Positions 34,935-46,865 of a DNA stretch of 64,000 nt are shown here, piece after piece (position 1 is the stretch's first letter; each line of letters starts with the position of its first letter). Made by a program: the position numbers and the translations under genes. A model generated the notes under the pieces. It saw nothing but the letters and a program-made list of their open reading frames with translations, made no database searches and was not told the origin of the DNA. The stretch is from Isurus oxyrinchus. Taxonomy: Eukaryota. The stretch spans positions 40,052,001 to 40,116,000 of the forward strand of contig JANJGN010000026.1 in assembly GCA_026770705.1 (NCBI GenBank), given 5' to 3'.

Positions 34935-34973
34935 CACAGTGACAGGAACCAGAGGGAGCCCCGTACAAAAACA
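34935..34973 (+). other. Near-consensus 23-RSS
   Basis: CACAGTG-23-ACAAAAACA. Confidence 0.95.
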
Positions 34974-35451
34974 CTGTCGCAATGTGATAAGGTGAATAGA
35001 ATAGGCGGCATACTGTGGAGAAACCAGAACTTCATTAAATTATCAGTATATCGAGCTGATTTCATATAAGTAACAAGCCGAGAGTAGCACATGCAGCATT
35101 GGAGAAGGCCTGCTCTGTTCCATTTACATCCAATATATTCTGAACATAATGCAAAAATGTGTTTAGAGATTTCGTAAAATTTTGAAAATTAAAGGTCTTA
35201 GGGCAGAAATGCTCAGCAAAGTATTTGACAGTGTGTTCTGGCCGTTACAGGAGGTACACACAATAAGAAAATGCAGCAGCAGGTATGTAACACTGCGGGT
35301 CGCTCAGGAAAAGAAGAACAGGCTTTGCATTTACATAAAGTCCTGCGCCCTGTGTTCAGATTTGCCGAAGTGCTTCCAGCAAAATTCCGAATGCATTCTT
35401 TTTCAATTTGGCTTGTGCGTTCTGTCGTTTTACAGACCAACCGGTGACAAT

Positions 35452-35700
35452 TCTGCTCCACATTGATACACGGCAGAGACACGAGCCCCAGCGATATTTA
35501 AAGGAAGTGTTTTGTTGTCTTGGTCCAATTCAGCGGAAAACCGGTCAGGGAAATCTGGAGAAACAATCCCTTCCCCTAGTTATAACCCTTCAGTAAATAC
35601 CTAGGAACTTCCCCGCGATACTGGATGTACCAAAGGAGCGTTGATATAGTGTATTTTGTTGCGTAACTGCAGTTCAGTATTATTGTCTGCCCTTCGTAAG
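35452..35700 (-). pseudogene. 5'-truncated TCR V pseudogene (DSVSQDP family)
   Basis: EGQTIILNCSYATKYTISTLLWYIQYRGEVPRYLLK...FPDRFSAELDQDNKTLPLNIAGARVSAVYQCG. Confidence 0.85.
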
Positions 35701-35832
35701 TCCGCAATATATATCCAGCACTTTAGAGATGTTGCTGTTGACATGTTCCTCATGTCCTTTTTAAAAGTATATTGGGGCATCCTGTGTTGATGTGAATTTA
35801 CATGCTGCCTCCTGCAATATTTAATTACTGAG

Positions 35833-36300
35833 ATGCTTTCTATTCTCTGGCCTGAATGCTCCAATGCCCCTTGTAATAGGTAGGTTGTGATTGATGTTCC
35901 CCACGTTGGGTGGAATGCTCATAATCTGTAAGTGTGTTAACTAATATTTTCTATGCTATTTTCCAGGCAAAATCCGTCGGAGCTGGGTAACGCAGCGTCA
36001 ACATGAGATGAAGTTATCTGAGGGAGATAATCCGCAAGTGAACTGTAATTACAGTTCCAGTTCTGATGATCCGGATCGCTCTGGTACCGGCTGTACCCGA
36101 ACCAGACATCCCAGTTTATATTGTTCCGTGATATTGCACGGATTGCGAGTTTGTGAAAGGGAAATTCGATGCTTGTCATCATGCTCATTAACATTTTATC
36201 CATTTGTCAATTTCTACAGCGGAGGCGAAAGGCAACACATTCTATTTCTGCAGATTGAGAGTCTGGGAGCTTCAACGCCGCTCCAGTCCGTGCAAAAACA
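35833..36300 (+). pseudogene. TCR V pseudogene; exon from 35967
   Basis: WVTQRQHEMKLSEGDNPQVNCNYSSSSDDP..WYRLYPNQTSQFILFR...HLSISTAEAKGNTFYFCRLR; frameshifts; nonamer GCAAAAACA, heptamer lost. Confidence 0.82.
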
Positions 36301-36332
36301 TCATCAAACTGCAGGCAAACAGTTAAGCAAAG

Positions 36333-36500
36333 GTAAAAGCAAAATACTGCGGATGCCGGAAATCTGAAACAAAAACAAAAACACCTGGAAAAACTCAGCA
36401 GGTCTGACAGCATCTGCGGAAAGAAATACAGTTGACGTTTCGAGTCGGTCCGAAACGTCAACTCTATTCCTCTCCGCAGATGCTGTCAGACCTACTGAGT
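36333..36500. mobile_element. Penelope terminal fragments in inverted orientation
   Basis: aaaactcagcaggtctgacagcatctgcgga...tccgcagatgctgtcagacctactgagt. Confidence 0.8.
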
Positions 36501-38227
36501 TAAGCAAAGGCATCTGCCACAGTGAAAAATAAAATCTTTCATTGGGAAAATGATGAAAAAACATATGTTTCCATGTTCTGCCACAATGGTGTCAAGGATC
36601 ATAGACATCAGTTACGCGAAATGAGTAGAGAAACTGAATTGTTTTCCTCGGAACAGTGGAGATTAAGTGGAATACTAATTGGGGGGACCAAATTTATGAA
36701 AGGATTTCAAAACGTAGATGAGGAAAAATTATTCCTGCACGCAGCAGGAACGCCGATGGGAGGATACTGATTCAAGGTAATTGACAGAAAAATCCAGGGG
36801 TAATTTATGATTATTTTCAAAGTGAGTTGCGATGATCTTGAAAGCACTGCCTGAAAGGCGGTGGGAGCAGATACAATAATAAGTAATTGATTCATATTTG
36901 AAAAAGGTAAACTGCAGGCCTAGGGGGAAAGGCCATGTAGTTGGTCTTATCGGATAGCTATTGCAGACTGGAAAGCACGGGAACGTTTGGCCGAATGACC
37001 TCCTCCTGTGCTGTATTATCCAGCAATTCTATGTATCACACCCAATGTTAATCCCAGCAAAAGCTGGAGTTCCTTGTGTTGGCTCTTGGCTAAATTCCCG
37101 AAACTATCTCCAGAATAGCACTGGAGGAAAACCTTCATGATGCATGTTCTGGCAGTTCAAGGTGAAGCTTCAGCACAATATTCTTATGTGAAATTAGGGA
37201 TGGATAATATATGCTGGCCTTGCCATAATTGCCCATAACAAGAAAATAGGTACAATAAAACTAAGAACATAGGGCTGGGATGAAAGCAGCTCGCCTTCGC
37301 CTTTAAGACCATTTGCTTCATTAACCTGCTCAGCCTCTCTCCTCTCATCGTCTCTTTACCCACATTCGGCACAGCTGGGCTTTTGACTAGCTTTTTTCAG
37401 AGAAAGCAAACAGAAGCTACACTATGGCAATTATACCGACTGGGGAGATAAGACATGATGAAATATGTGAGTTCAGCCAAGTTCCTCTTGCTGTTTGTAA
37501 CATGAGCATCGGTTTCCAACAATAGATGATGAAAGAAATGTAATATGGCAGCGTTAAGATAGATATTTTCAGTTATTACTATTTTTCTTTTCATTTCTTG
37601 ATCGTTGTGGTATGAACAATGGAGAGGAGATGTTGTAAGGCAGTCATAACACAAAAAAGTTACAGAGGATAAAAATCCTGATACATTAGAAAATGTAACG
37701 AAATACAATGAACATCTGAAAGTGACCAACAGGTCAATGCGTTCCTGAGTGATCTGAATGGTCAAGAGTTTTTAGTATTCTACATTTGATCTGCTGTTTT
37801 ATTCAATACTTTTCACTTCTCTTGTTACCACTGATGGCCCTGAACACTGAAGTCAGTTTCACAGTGATAAATAATTGGCATATTAGTTTCTCAGCTGCTC
37901 TCTTCATAACGTTATCAGGGAACTATGAGGGATGTTAAAGGAAAGGGCTTTTTACTTTATTTATGATTCACTTGATTTATGATTTTCCCAGACCTAAAAT
38001 CTCTGCATATTACACTCGTTATTTTGCACTTTCTATAGATTCCTAAAATTCTGTTCTCGTCATGTTCTATTACTGCACTTTTTAGCTTTCTGTTTTTCTC
38101 TCACTCATTCTGGCTTTTTCTGCGTTTATGTTTCCAACTCTGCTCATTTCTCACCCCCTTGTAAATCTTGAGATACTGGAAATGCTGATCCTCCGATAAC
38201 AACAGAGCGGCTCTCCCAGAAGGCGCA

Positions 38228-38577
38228 GGTTTCTGTACATATGCTCGTTGTACTGTGGTTTACGGCGCACAAATAGGTGGCCGTGTCTGTAACCCGGGCG
38301 CCCCTCACAGTCAGGACACTGAGCTTGTTGTCTACAACGATTGATCGCGTTGATTGGCTCCTCTTGTTGCCATCACCAGATGCTGGGGCAGCTGATTTGG
38401 GGGTTGTCTTTACCAACGCACAATGTCAAATGCAATAGTGATGGTGCAGTTCATAAACATGATTCCCGTTTCACTAACAATCACCCGCCCAGGGGGTTGC
38501 ATCACCTCATCTTCACATGTCACATCCGTACAGATCAGGGTGGAAAACAGCAAACAGGCTCTGTAATTCCGGAGCAT
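38228..38577 (-). pseudogene. Intronless-leader TCR V pseudogene (copy 3)
   Basis: MLRNYRACLLFSTLICTDVTCEDEVMQPPGRVIVSETGIMFMNCTITIAFDIVRW*RQPPNQLPQHLVMATRG...GARVTDTATYLCAVN; CACAGTA-14-ACAGAAACC. Confidence 0.9.
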
Positions 38578-39613
38578 TATCAGAGCACATGAAACACCAG
38601 CTGGACCAATTGTCCATTGACTTCGGAGTTAGAGCTAGGAGATGAATATTATATTCAGAAGAATTAACAAGGAGCAAAACACCAGCTTCAGGTCCAATTC
38701 AGAGGGAATCTTCTGTTGAATTAACTAAAGAGACCGGGTCTTGGAATTGACTCGCCCATATTCAATATTTCACACTGACACCGGCTAACGTATTCTGTGA
38801 GTTCATACCGGGCCGCTCACATTCAATATTTCTCAAAGATTCACACTGCTCTCTGATGGTGTGCATTGGTAACTGCATGGTACAGTCGTTCAAGTCAATT
38901 CCCGCCAATCTGCATTTCACAGGAGAGTTGTAAATGAGAACAGCTATTCCCTTCATCCTTGTATAGCACCCCTATCTGGAGAGGCCCTGTACCTCGCTTT
39001 CAATTGCAGCATTCAACGATCCCAGTGTATCTTCCTCCCTCATTCTAGTTGAATCTTTATTCCACAGTGTGATCACTTTCAGTGTGACAACAGGAATCTC
39101 TCTTGACATGCGTCTCAAAAGCTCATTTTATAGTTTAAACTCGTGTGCTGCCCCACATGGATGCAGTGCAAAATTTTCTGTTGGATATTTGCAACACACC
39201 AACATTGGCAACTCATAAAAGTATATTTCGCTAAAACAAATACAAGTTGGCCACCAGCGTTAAATTAATGCCTCTATTTCGTCATTTGTTCGTTTAATCA
39301 CATTTTCTCAATGAAGTTACTGGACAATTGTGAGTCTGGAATTGCCCTGTCACTGAAAACAACATGGTATCTCACTACCTTCTGGCGGCGGCGACATTGC
39401 ACTACAGGGTGCTTCTTTACAACACTTGTTCGCCTTCGGAACTCAGGAGTGAGTTCAACAATTTCCGGTTCGAAACTCTACTGCATTTATACTTATTCAT
39501 CTTTTTAGTTTAGACGGCACCTGGTGGTGAGGAATCTGATTTTCATAAGTTTACTTCATCCAGGCAAAGCTACCCGTCTGTTTTATCTTTTCCTGTTGTA
39601 GCGTCTTTATCAG

Positions 39614-39932
39614 GTCTGAGTCACGGAGGTTCTGTAATGCAGCCGCTGTCCTCAGGAGTAAGGAAAGGATAACCGGCGAACTTAAAACGCACCGATAATA
39701 ATACATGGAGAGGCAACTGATATCAGCCAGAAACTGAAACACAGCCAGTGCTTAATCTGATAAAATATCCAAACGACTCTGAAGATAAAGCGCATTTTGC
39801 TGAAATCTGGTTTACACTGTACACTTGCCAACTTGACAAAATTCAGCATCTTCAGCTGAACAAAGCTGTAGTTTATTATTGCTCCCTTAGACTCACAATG
39901 TTGGAAACCAGTTAAACCCTCATACAGCTACT
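39614..39932 (+). pseudogene. Decayed delta-like V pseudogene with 23-RSS 39894-39932; possible leader ~39364-39407
   Basis: GLSHGGSVMQPLSSGVRKG*PANLK...EDKAHFAE...LQLNKAVVYYCSLR; CACAATG-23-ACAGCTACT. Confidence 0.8.
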
Positions 39933-40100
39933 CCCGCCAATTTGTAAATCAGGAACTTTGCCTGCTGATGTAACTTCTAGCGGAGACTAGATGTGAACGC
40001 CATCAAAAAACAATTACATAGAAAATCTGCCAGGTTCCGCTGTTCATTACCCTGAGCCACCCACTTTCTCTGAACTGAGTTTGAGAAGATTGTTAAGTAA

Positions 40101-40118
40101 GGGCCACCAGAGGGCAGT
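40101..40118 (+). promoter_or_regulatory. Strong CTCF-like motif ~170 bp 3' of RSS
   Basis: GGCCACCAGAGGGCAG. Confidence 0.65.
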
Positions 40119-41039
40119 AATAGCGTGGATTATGAAAAAGGCAGCACCTGTGGAAATATTAACAGATTTAACGTTGCAGGTAAAGTACCTTCCTTATACC
40201 TAAACATATTCAGGTAATCGGCACGGACCAATCGACAGAGTCCAGGGTGCACTTGGATGATGGGTTGGCTGTTTGTTTGGCTGACGGGATTCGTTGAAGG
40301 CTGAAACCTCTTTTTTATTGTTTCATGTGGTTGAGAACAGCATTTCTTGCTCATCAATTAATTTCCCTTCAGTAAGTGCTGGCGAGCCGCCCTCTTGAAT
40401 CGCTATGGTTCATTTGTTGTTGTGATGGGATGTTGTGTTAGTGATGTTAAGGGGGAGTTCCAGTATATTGACCCAGTGACAATGAAAGAACGGCGATATA
40501 ATTCCACGTCAGGATGGTATGTGGCTGGGAGGAGAAATTGCAGGAGCTGATATTCTCTTTGTTTAGGTGGAAAATATTGAGGGTTTGAGACATACTGTCG
40601 AAGGTCCCTTGACGAGTTCATTGAATCACAAAAATTTAAGTGCGAGCAATAATTTCCAGTGGAATCCAATGGTTGCCCTAGTTAACTAATGAATTTCTGC
40701 AAACATGGTAATTGCTAAAATAGGCAAGCTGTAAATATTTCTAATGATCAATTCAGCCATGACTACTGAGCGCATGAGATGTTCGTACACCCTGGATCCG
40801 TCAAACAGTCAATCACTCCTCTTCCATCGTTGAATTCATTTCAAATGTGGTATTTTTCTATTTGCCGCTTTGTTGTATTCAAATTCCTCAGGAGCCAGTG
40901 GCCGCGTGTATCATCTACGGGGAGTCTTCATAGTCAGACAGCAGCAATTGGGGCTCCGGTTCTGAAAGTAGAACAGCATTCACTGCTTTCCTTCTCTTCC
41001 TCCGCCTGACTGATTGAATCGTTATAGGGCCAACATTGG

Positions 41040-41327
41040 GTATAAACCCTGCCTCATTCCCTGTTGTATGAATCGGAGATGAAAGGAGTTGTGAGCTAAT
41101 TGATTGAATTGAAAACAAAGGCGTTTTCAGCTGAATGGATGTAACCTGATGACGCTGTCAGCAATGATCCAATCAGCAGCGATGCGGATGTCACTCAACT
41201 TCTCACCAATTCTTGGCGAAAATAATTTCAGGTTCAGCCGATTCTAGTCATATCCACCGCGAGCTCTCTGCAAACATGTCGCCCGTTGCTTTGAACTTAT
41301 TCTTCACAGCGGCAGCTCTTTTAGTTG
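41040..41327 (+). pseudogene. Orphan promoter and leader of the C23Y/W41L family
   Basis: MSPVALNLFFTAAALLV, donor mutated; no cognate V exon follows. Confidence 0.75.
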
Positions 41328-41764
41328 ATAGGTTCACAAATTGCGAAACTCTGCGTTTTACATCCCGTCCTACCATTACATTTAATTGGGTAGTTCAGTC
41401 TACACAGGGGGGTGGGGGGGTGGTGGGGGGGGGGGGGGGGGGGGGTGGGGGGGGGTGGTGGAATAGATTGATCCAAAATGTGAAAAATCGCCCCGATCCA
41501 CCTCGTACCAACACGGAACACTGTCTTGGGAGAAGTAGGCGAAATTCCCGGAGTGATTGAGAGCAGAGGAGTTGGGCTGGGATCCTAGACTCCACTTGTG
41601 CGCTTGAGAGACTTTGGCAGATACAAGAGTTCGAACGAAACCCTCCGACTGTTCCCAGTTTTCCCTTCAAATCACCGGAGATGACGGTGAGGAACTGATC
41701 TCAATGTTCACTCAGGAACGTTTTATTGAATCGATCCAAGCACCTTCCCTTTACAGCACCTGAG

Positions 41765-42215
41765 CTGCAGGAAATATATTTCTATTTAGCTGCCATGATT
41801 TATTTCTCAGGTTCCGGGTGACAGGCCGATTTTGGGGCATAGACATAGTGAAGTGACATCGTTTAATTGAATATCGCTCTTGGCTCTTATAGGACATTGT
41901 GGAGGAGGCTCTGTTTCACAGACACCGGCTGCAGTCACAGTGAGTGAAGGAGACGATGTTCAGCTGCTCTGTAATTATACAGCTACAAGCAGCATCAATC
42001 CTTATCTATTCTGGTATCGTCAGTATCCCAGCGGATTCCCAGAGTATCTACTGAAGAGAAACAGATACATGGCTAACACAGAGAGATTCCCCGGAGACCG
42101 TTTTTCAGCGGAGCTCAATGAAAGTGTCTAAAACAGAATTGTCAGGCTCTGCGGTGTATCACTGCACGCTGTACCCCACAGACACACAGAGCAGGGCTGA
42201 ACCTATATGAAAACT
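41765..42215 (+). pseudogene. TCR V pseudogene; exon from 41893, RSS 42177-42215
   Basis: GSVSQTPAAVTVSEGDDVQLLCNYTATSSINPYLFWYRQYPSGFPEYLLKR...DRFSAELNES[deletion]SAVYHC; CACAGAC-23-ATGAAAACT. Confidence 0.88.
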
Positions 42216-42529
42216 GTCAGAACGACACTCAACATTACGGAGCAAGGCGCAAACATTGTGATCGAGGTGAGTCTGAACTACTTACTTAAATCGTAGTGAC
42301 ATTTATATATTTATTTCTAATTTATAGTTTTATTCTTAATAATTTTATCATGAAACAATCTTAATGCGGGCATATTAGCAAAAGATAATACAATATTTAT
42401 ATGATTCTTTTCTTCATGTTCCAAAATGTTTCACAGTCACTGTTATAACATAATGTAGAGAAGGCAGCAGCCAATTCCTGCCCAGTAAAAGACTTCAATA
42501 AATGGCCGGCCTCTTTCAGTAATGATGAC

Positions 42530-42775
42530 TGACCGGGGTAATTCCTCTCATGTCCTCGAGAAAGTGGCTGTGCGATCTATGATGCTGAGAGGGCAAACAG
42601 TGCCATCGATTGAACATCTCATTTGAAACCCGGTACCTCTGACTGCACCATTCCCTGAGGGCGGCACTGGGGTAACAGCATTGATCCTGGGGCTCAAGAC
42701 CTTGGTGGGGGAGGAGGGAAGGTGTGGGTGGGGGATGGGAATGGAAGCCTGAAACTTTTGTTTCAGGGGCAATAA
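42530..42775 (-). mobile_element. Deu-type SINE fragment
   Basis: Reverse similarity to 16075-16330. Confidence 0.6.
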
Positions 42776-44101
42776 TGATGAGAACAGAACTTCGCCTGAC
42801 AAGTAGAGCTCTCAGGTTAACCCCTGTATGGTTAATTCTTAGACATCTGTATCTTTTAATAATACATATAAAATGGACAATAGATGAGTGCAAAGCTTTT
42901 CTAGATGTGAGTGACCTAATGGCAGGCAGCTGGGCAGCCGTCAATTGGCGCCTCGGTCACCTTTTCTCCCAGAACAGGAGGTCAGTTTCCATGGGGGCCT
43001 CCTCGGTAAGTTCCCGCGTTGTCCTTACTGACAGGCTGCCGGTGTCCTATTGAGCGGAAAGTATCTCGGAACAAATCGGCCTCAGAATCTGGGAAACTGC
43101 AGGAGGTGGTGACTGTTCATCAACTCAATCCAGGAAAAACGGATTGAAATAAAGAAAAGAAAACTGAAAAATAAACTTTACTGGTCCCCGTGGAAACAGG
43201 AAACGATAAGCTTAACCCTTGGAACCAAATGTCACTCAACAAGAGAAGGAAAGACTTTTCCTGATGTCATGCTTTTCCTGACTCAGGATTTCCAGAAGCC
43301 TTTCCGACCTCAGGAAGTACGTTTCCAGTGCACTCACTGTTGCGATATTGGAAACATTATTTCCACAAAGGAAAACGGGAATGTTTAATTCTCTGCCAGG
43401 ATAGGTTGTCACTCTGATCCTGGAGCAAAGGAATTTGTGAGACCAGATGTTTTCCAGATAATTTCAACTTGCAGAAAATAGTAACCAGAACATTCGGTAA
43501 CGAGCTGATGGACACCTCTTACTCTAAGGTGCATTGAGAAAACCTGCTAAACATTGTGCCAACCTGCTTATTCAGACAACCCAGTGACATTGGAATACAA
43601 TGATTCATAGTGTTCATCCTCTAAGTCCTCTGTGCCATCCCCCTCCTCCTTCAACTGCCATACCTTAGGAGGCCGTTGATGACCATGGACTTACATTGGA
43701 TTGGGCTATGATTATGTTTGCAAGGTACTGCAGTTGTTTGTCGTTGCTTTCTGCAGTATTACTGACCAAGAATCTCTCCTCTCTTGTCACCTACCATCAA
43801 GCATATTGGAAGCATTTACAGACTGATAATCAACCTTTTTGACCACGTTAGGAACTGACTTTCTGTGGCCATAATGTCCTGAATTGAGACTTGAACCTGA
43901 AGCTTCTGACTCAACAGTATGGACGCTGCCAGTGCTCAGGAAGACGTTCTTCCATGCGTAATTCATACATAGGCTCTTGCCCTAAATACACTATCGTTTG
44001 CGGTGAAGTGTCTTCAATATATTTCCTGTAATGCCCAGCGGTCACCTGTGACAGCGGTGAACTGACGGCTCTGTCACTTTTGGACAGATAAAAGGATTTG
44101 A

Positions 44102-44118
44102 AGCGCCATCTAGTGGAA
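44102..44118 (-). promoter_or_regulatory. Strong CTCF-like motif
   Basis: TTCCACTAGATGGCGCT. Confidence 0.6.
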
Positions 44119-44651
44119 CCCTGTCTGTGAAACAACGATTCTCAATTTATTCTCGAATATTGCTGCATGATATTAGTGGATAATTATTATGGCATCTTAT
44201 TATTTTTTTTGCTCAGATTTTATTAATACTGCACCTGATGCCTTTTTTCATTCTTTTGCTTTTGCTACATGTGCTATTTCATATTAGTTGCAAGATTATT
44301 TGTCTGTTTTCCGACATGCCTACGTCATTAGTACAGTGCATGTCATTTGCACACATAGATGAAGTTCTCATTAATAAATTCATAAACCTACAACTTATGA
44401 GGTTGGATTGTAAATTTCTAAAGAATAGAATGCTTCTAAGCCCCCTAATCATAAAACAGGAATGTCAACCAAATTTCAATAAACGAAGGTATCAGAGTAT
44501 TTTTCTATGATTAGGAATAATAAAATGAAATTTTACGGCAGTAATTTCTTCGTATGATCAACTTTGCATTTTTCTTTTAACGATTTCACTTCTATCACAC
44601 TTACTTCTAAAGCCCGTGGGCTTGTTGTCTCCTCAGTCCCCATGTTGAGTG

Positions 44652-44969
44652 AATTATTGTACAGTTCCTCCTCTCCTTATTTCACCATGCCTCTCTGTAC
44701 TGTAATACACGCAGCGTCTGACAGCTGAACCGTGTCAACAGTGAGAGTGATGGAGTTTTTCTCACGGTCCACCCCTATTTTAAACTTTCCCTCAACTCTT
44801 TCATTGCTGTAAGTGGAAACAAGATACTCGGGAGCTTGATTGGAGAATTGCCGTTACCAGAATACAATATCATTTTTCGTGAATATAGCATTGTGATGAA
44901 GCAAAATGGTTTGTCCAACAGTTCCCCAAAACATCGATATCTGAAATGTCTTCCAGTGACAAGGAAGAA
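44652..44969 (-). pseudogene. Non-canonical V exon (C23H, C104S), copy 2, no leader found
   Basis: cgcag|VLPCHWKTFQISMFWGTVGQTILLHHNAIFTKNDIVFW*RQFSNQAPEYLVSTYSNERVEGKFKIGVDREKNSITLTVDTVQLSDAA/VYYSTER; CATGGTG-22-ACAATAATT. Confidence 0.85.
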
Positions 44970-45257
44970 CTGCGAAGGCATGAATAACATTAGCTTAATG
45001 ACACAAGAGTGGATAAAGCACTTGCGGATTTTGGCAGAATCTACTAATCTGTCTATTGATCTCTCTCTATCTATTTATTTATCTGCATCTGTACATTCCG
45101 ATCTATCTATCTATTTGTATATCTATGTATCTCATCGTTTATGAATCTTTCTCACGGATATCTACTATCTTGGTCTCAGAGAGGCAGAGTTATTTCACTG
45201 TCTATCTCTTTACTTTGAACAAACAAATATCGGAAATTCAATTTAATATTTTTTGAT

Positions 45258-45511
45258 GCTCTGCATCTGAGCCAACGTAGAGCCGCCAGTCCAGTTCAAC
45301 CCGTTGCTCTTCCCATGTCTCCACCTACTAAGGCGGGGAGCTCTGATCCTCACACCAAACGGCTGTGAACAAAAGAAAAACCACTGAACAACCACGGGGT
45401 ACCGAGAGATTGGTTAAAAACAATACCTCTGATGAGATAAATAAACTCACACAATATCAACCGCAATAGGGCTCCAACAGGAATAAGGTCTTTGCCGGAG
45501 TTTCTGTTCAT
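45258..45511 (-). pseudogene. Truncated paralog of the V at 20324-20753 (leader 45451-45511, 5' exon stub)
   Basis: MNRNSGKDLIPVGALLRLIL|gtgagt; exon ..EDQSSPP*..GHGKSNG aligns with 20520-20605. Confidence 0.82.
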
Positions 45512-46569
45512 GACGATGAAGATGGACAAAGGGCGGATTCAATCAGGGTCTGATTTCCAGACTGCGACTTGTTGCCGAATCCAGGACTCTCAGTAATGGG
45601 GGGAGGGGGGAGGTGGAGAGGGGAGAGCATTACATTCTCTTTTTGAATGTGAGACTGATGGGCGATATTCTCACCGGTTGGACAATTATGGGATGTCGCT
45701 ATATGACATTATTCCTGGTGCCATCCAGCGATTGGCAGTTTCTCAAAACTTAGGCCACTTGAAAAGCCACTGCTTCCGAACCTCTCTGCTTCCTGCATGT
45801 TGCACCAGGTTATACTGTTTCATAATGCCTGTGCTCTGTTGTCTTTACAAATGAGAAGAGGCATAGTTATCTTACAACAGAAGGAGAAGAAGTTCAACCC
45901 ACTACCCATGTGTGCTGGCTGTCACGTAGTGTTATACACTTACTGTGAATCATGTGTCTGCTGCCCGTATATTGTGCCTTTAAAAAAAATATTTTTACTG
46001 GTCAAATGTTGATCTATTTGTCTTCTAAGTTACTTGTACATTTTGTTTTCATCGCTGTTTCTCATGAACCATCACATCCTCTATCATTCCACTGCTCAAA
46101 ATACGAAAATGGTCTACTCTCTCCTCCACTAGAATAATGGTAAAATTCAATGATGCCATCGAGTTACCCACCGATTCACTGTCTCTTTTTAACCTTTTCT
46201 AAACCTTTCCTGAATGGGTACAGTTCTGTCATTCTACTTCTTAACCTTCCGTGTTCTGGTGAAAAGATCTCCAGCTGCTCCAGTTTCTGCTCAGGATTAT
46301 CGTCTCTCACCCGGCAACATCGTGCACAGTTCATCCCACACACTGTCTTTCAGGTTGACACCAAACGAAAGAAGAGTCACAAAACTGACCCAAGAGTTTG
46401 AACTGTGTCCTCAGCAATGATCTGCCCAGCTTTATTCTTGATTCTGAGTTTAACAATCCATGCCCCTGTTGATTAATTTGATTCTTTAACTCTTTATCTG
46501 CAGCTTGTTCCACACTTTCTGCATCTGGGTTCTGAATTTTTTCTCCTCCTTTACCCATTAAATTAAATG

Positions 46570-46865
46570 TTTCTTCTTCGTATCCCATAACCTTTCAGCC
46601 CCTTGCTTAGCAAGAGCCTATCTAGCTCTGCCTTAAAAATATTCAAAGACTCTGTTTCCACCATCTGTTGTGGAACTTCCTTTCTCAAAAGGCAGTAGAG
46701 GTGGAGACTTTGAATATTTTTAAAACAGAGCTAGATATATTCTTGATAAGCAAGGGGTTGAAACGTTATCGGGGGTAGGTGGGAATGTGCGGTTCAGGTT
46801 ACAATCAGATTACATGGCAGAGCAGGCTCGACGGGCCTAGTCGCCTACTCCTGCTTCTAATTAGT
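46570..46865. mobile_element. CR1 3' tails in inverted orientation
   Basis: ctagctctgccttaaaaatattcaaag / ctttgaatatttttaaaacagagctag. Confidence 0.7.

Noticed and set aside
38228-38257. 12-type RSS on a V segment
   Set aside because: The spacer is 14 nt; paralogs have 23 and 17, so it is a deletion product.
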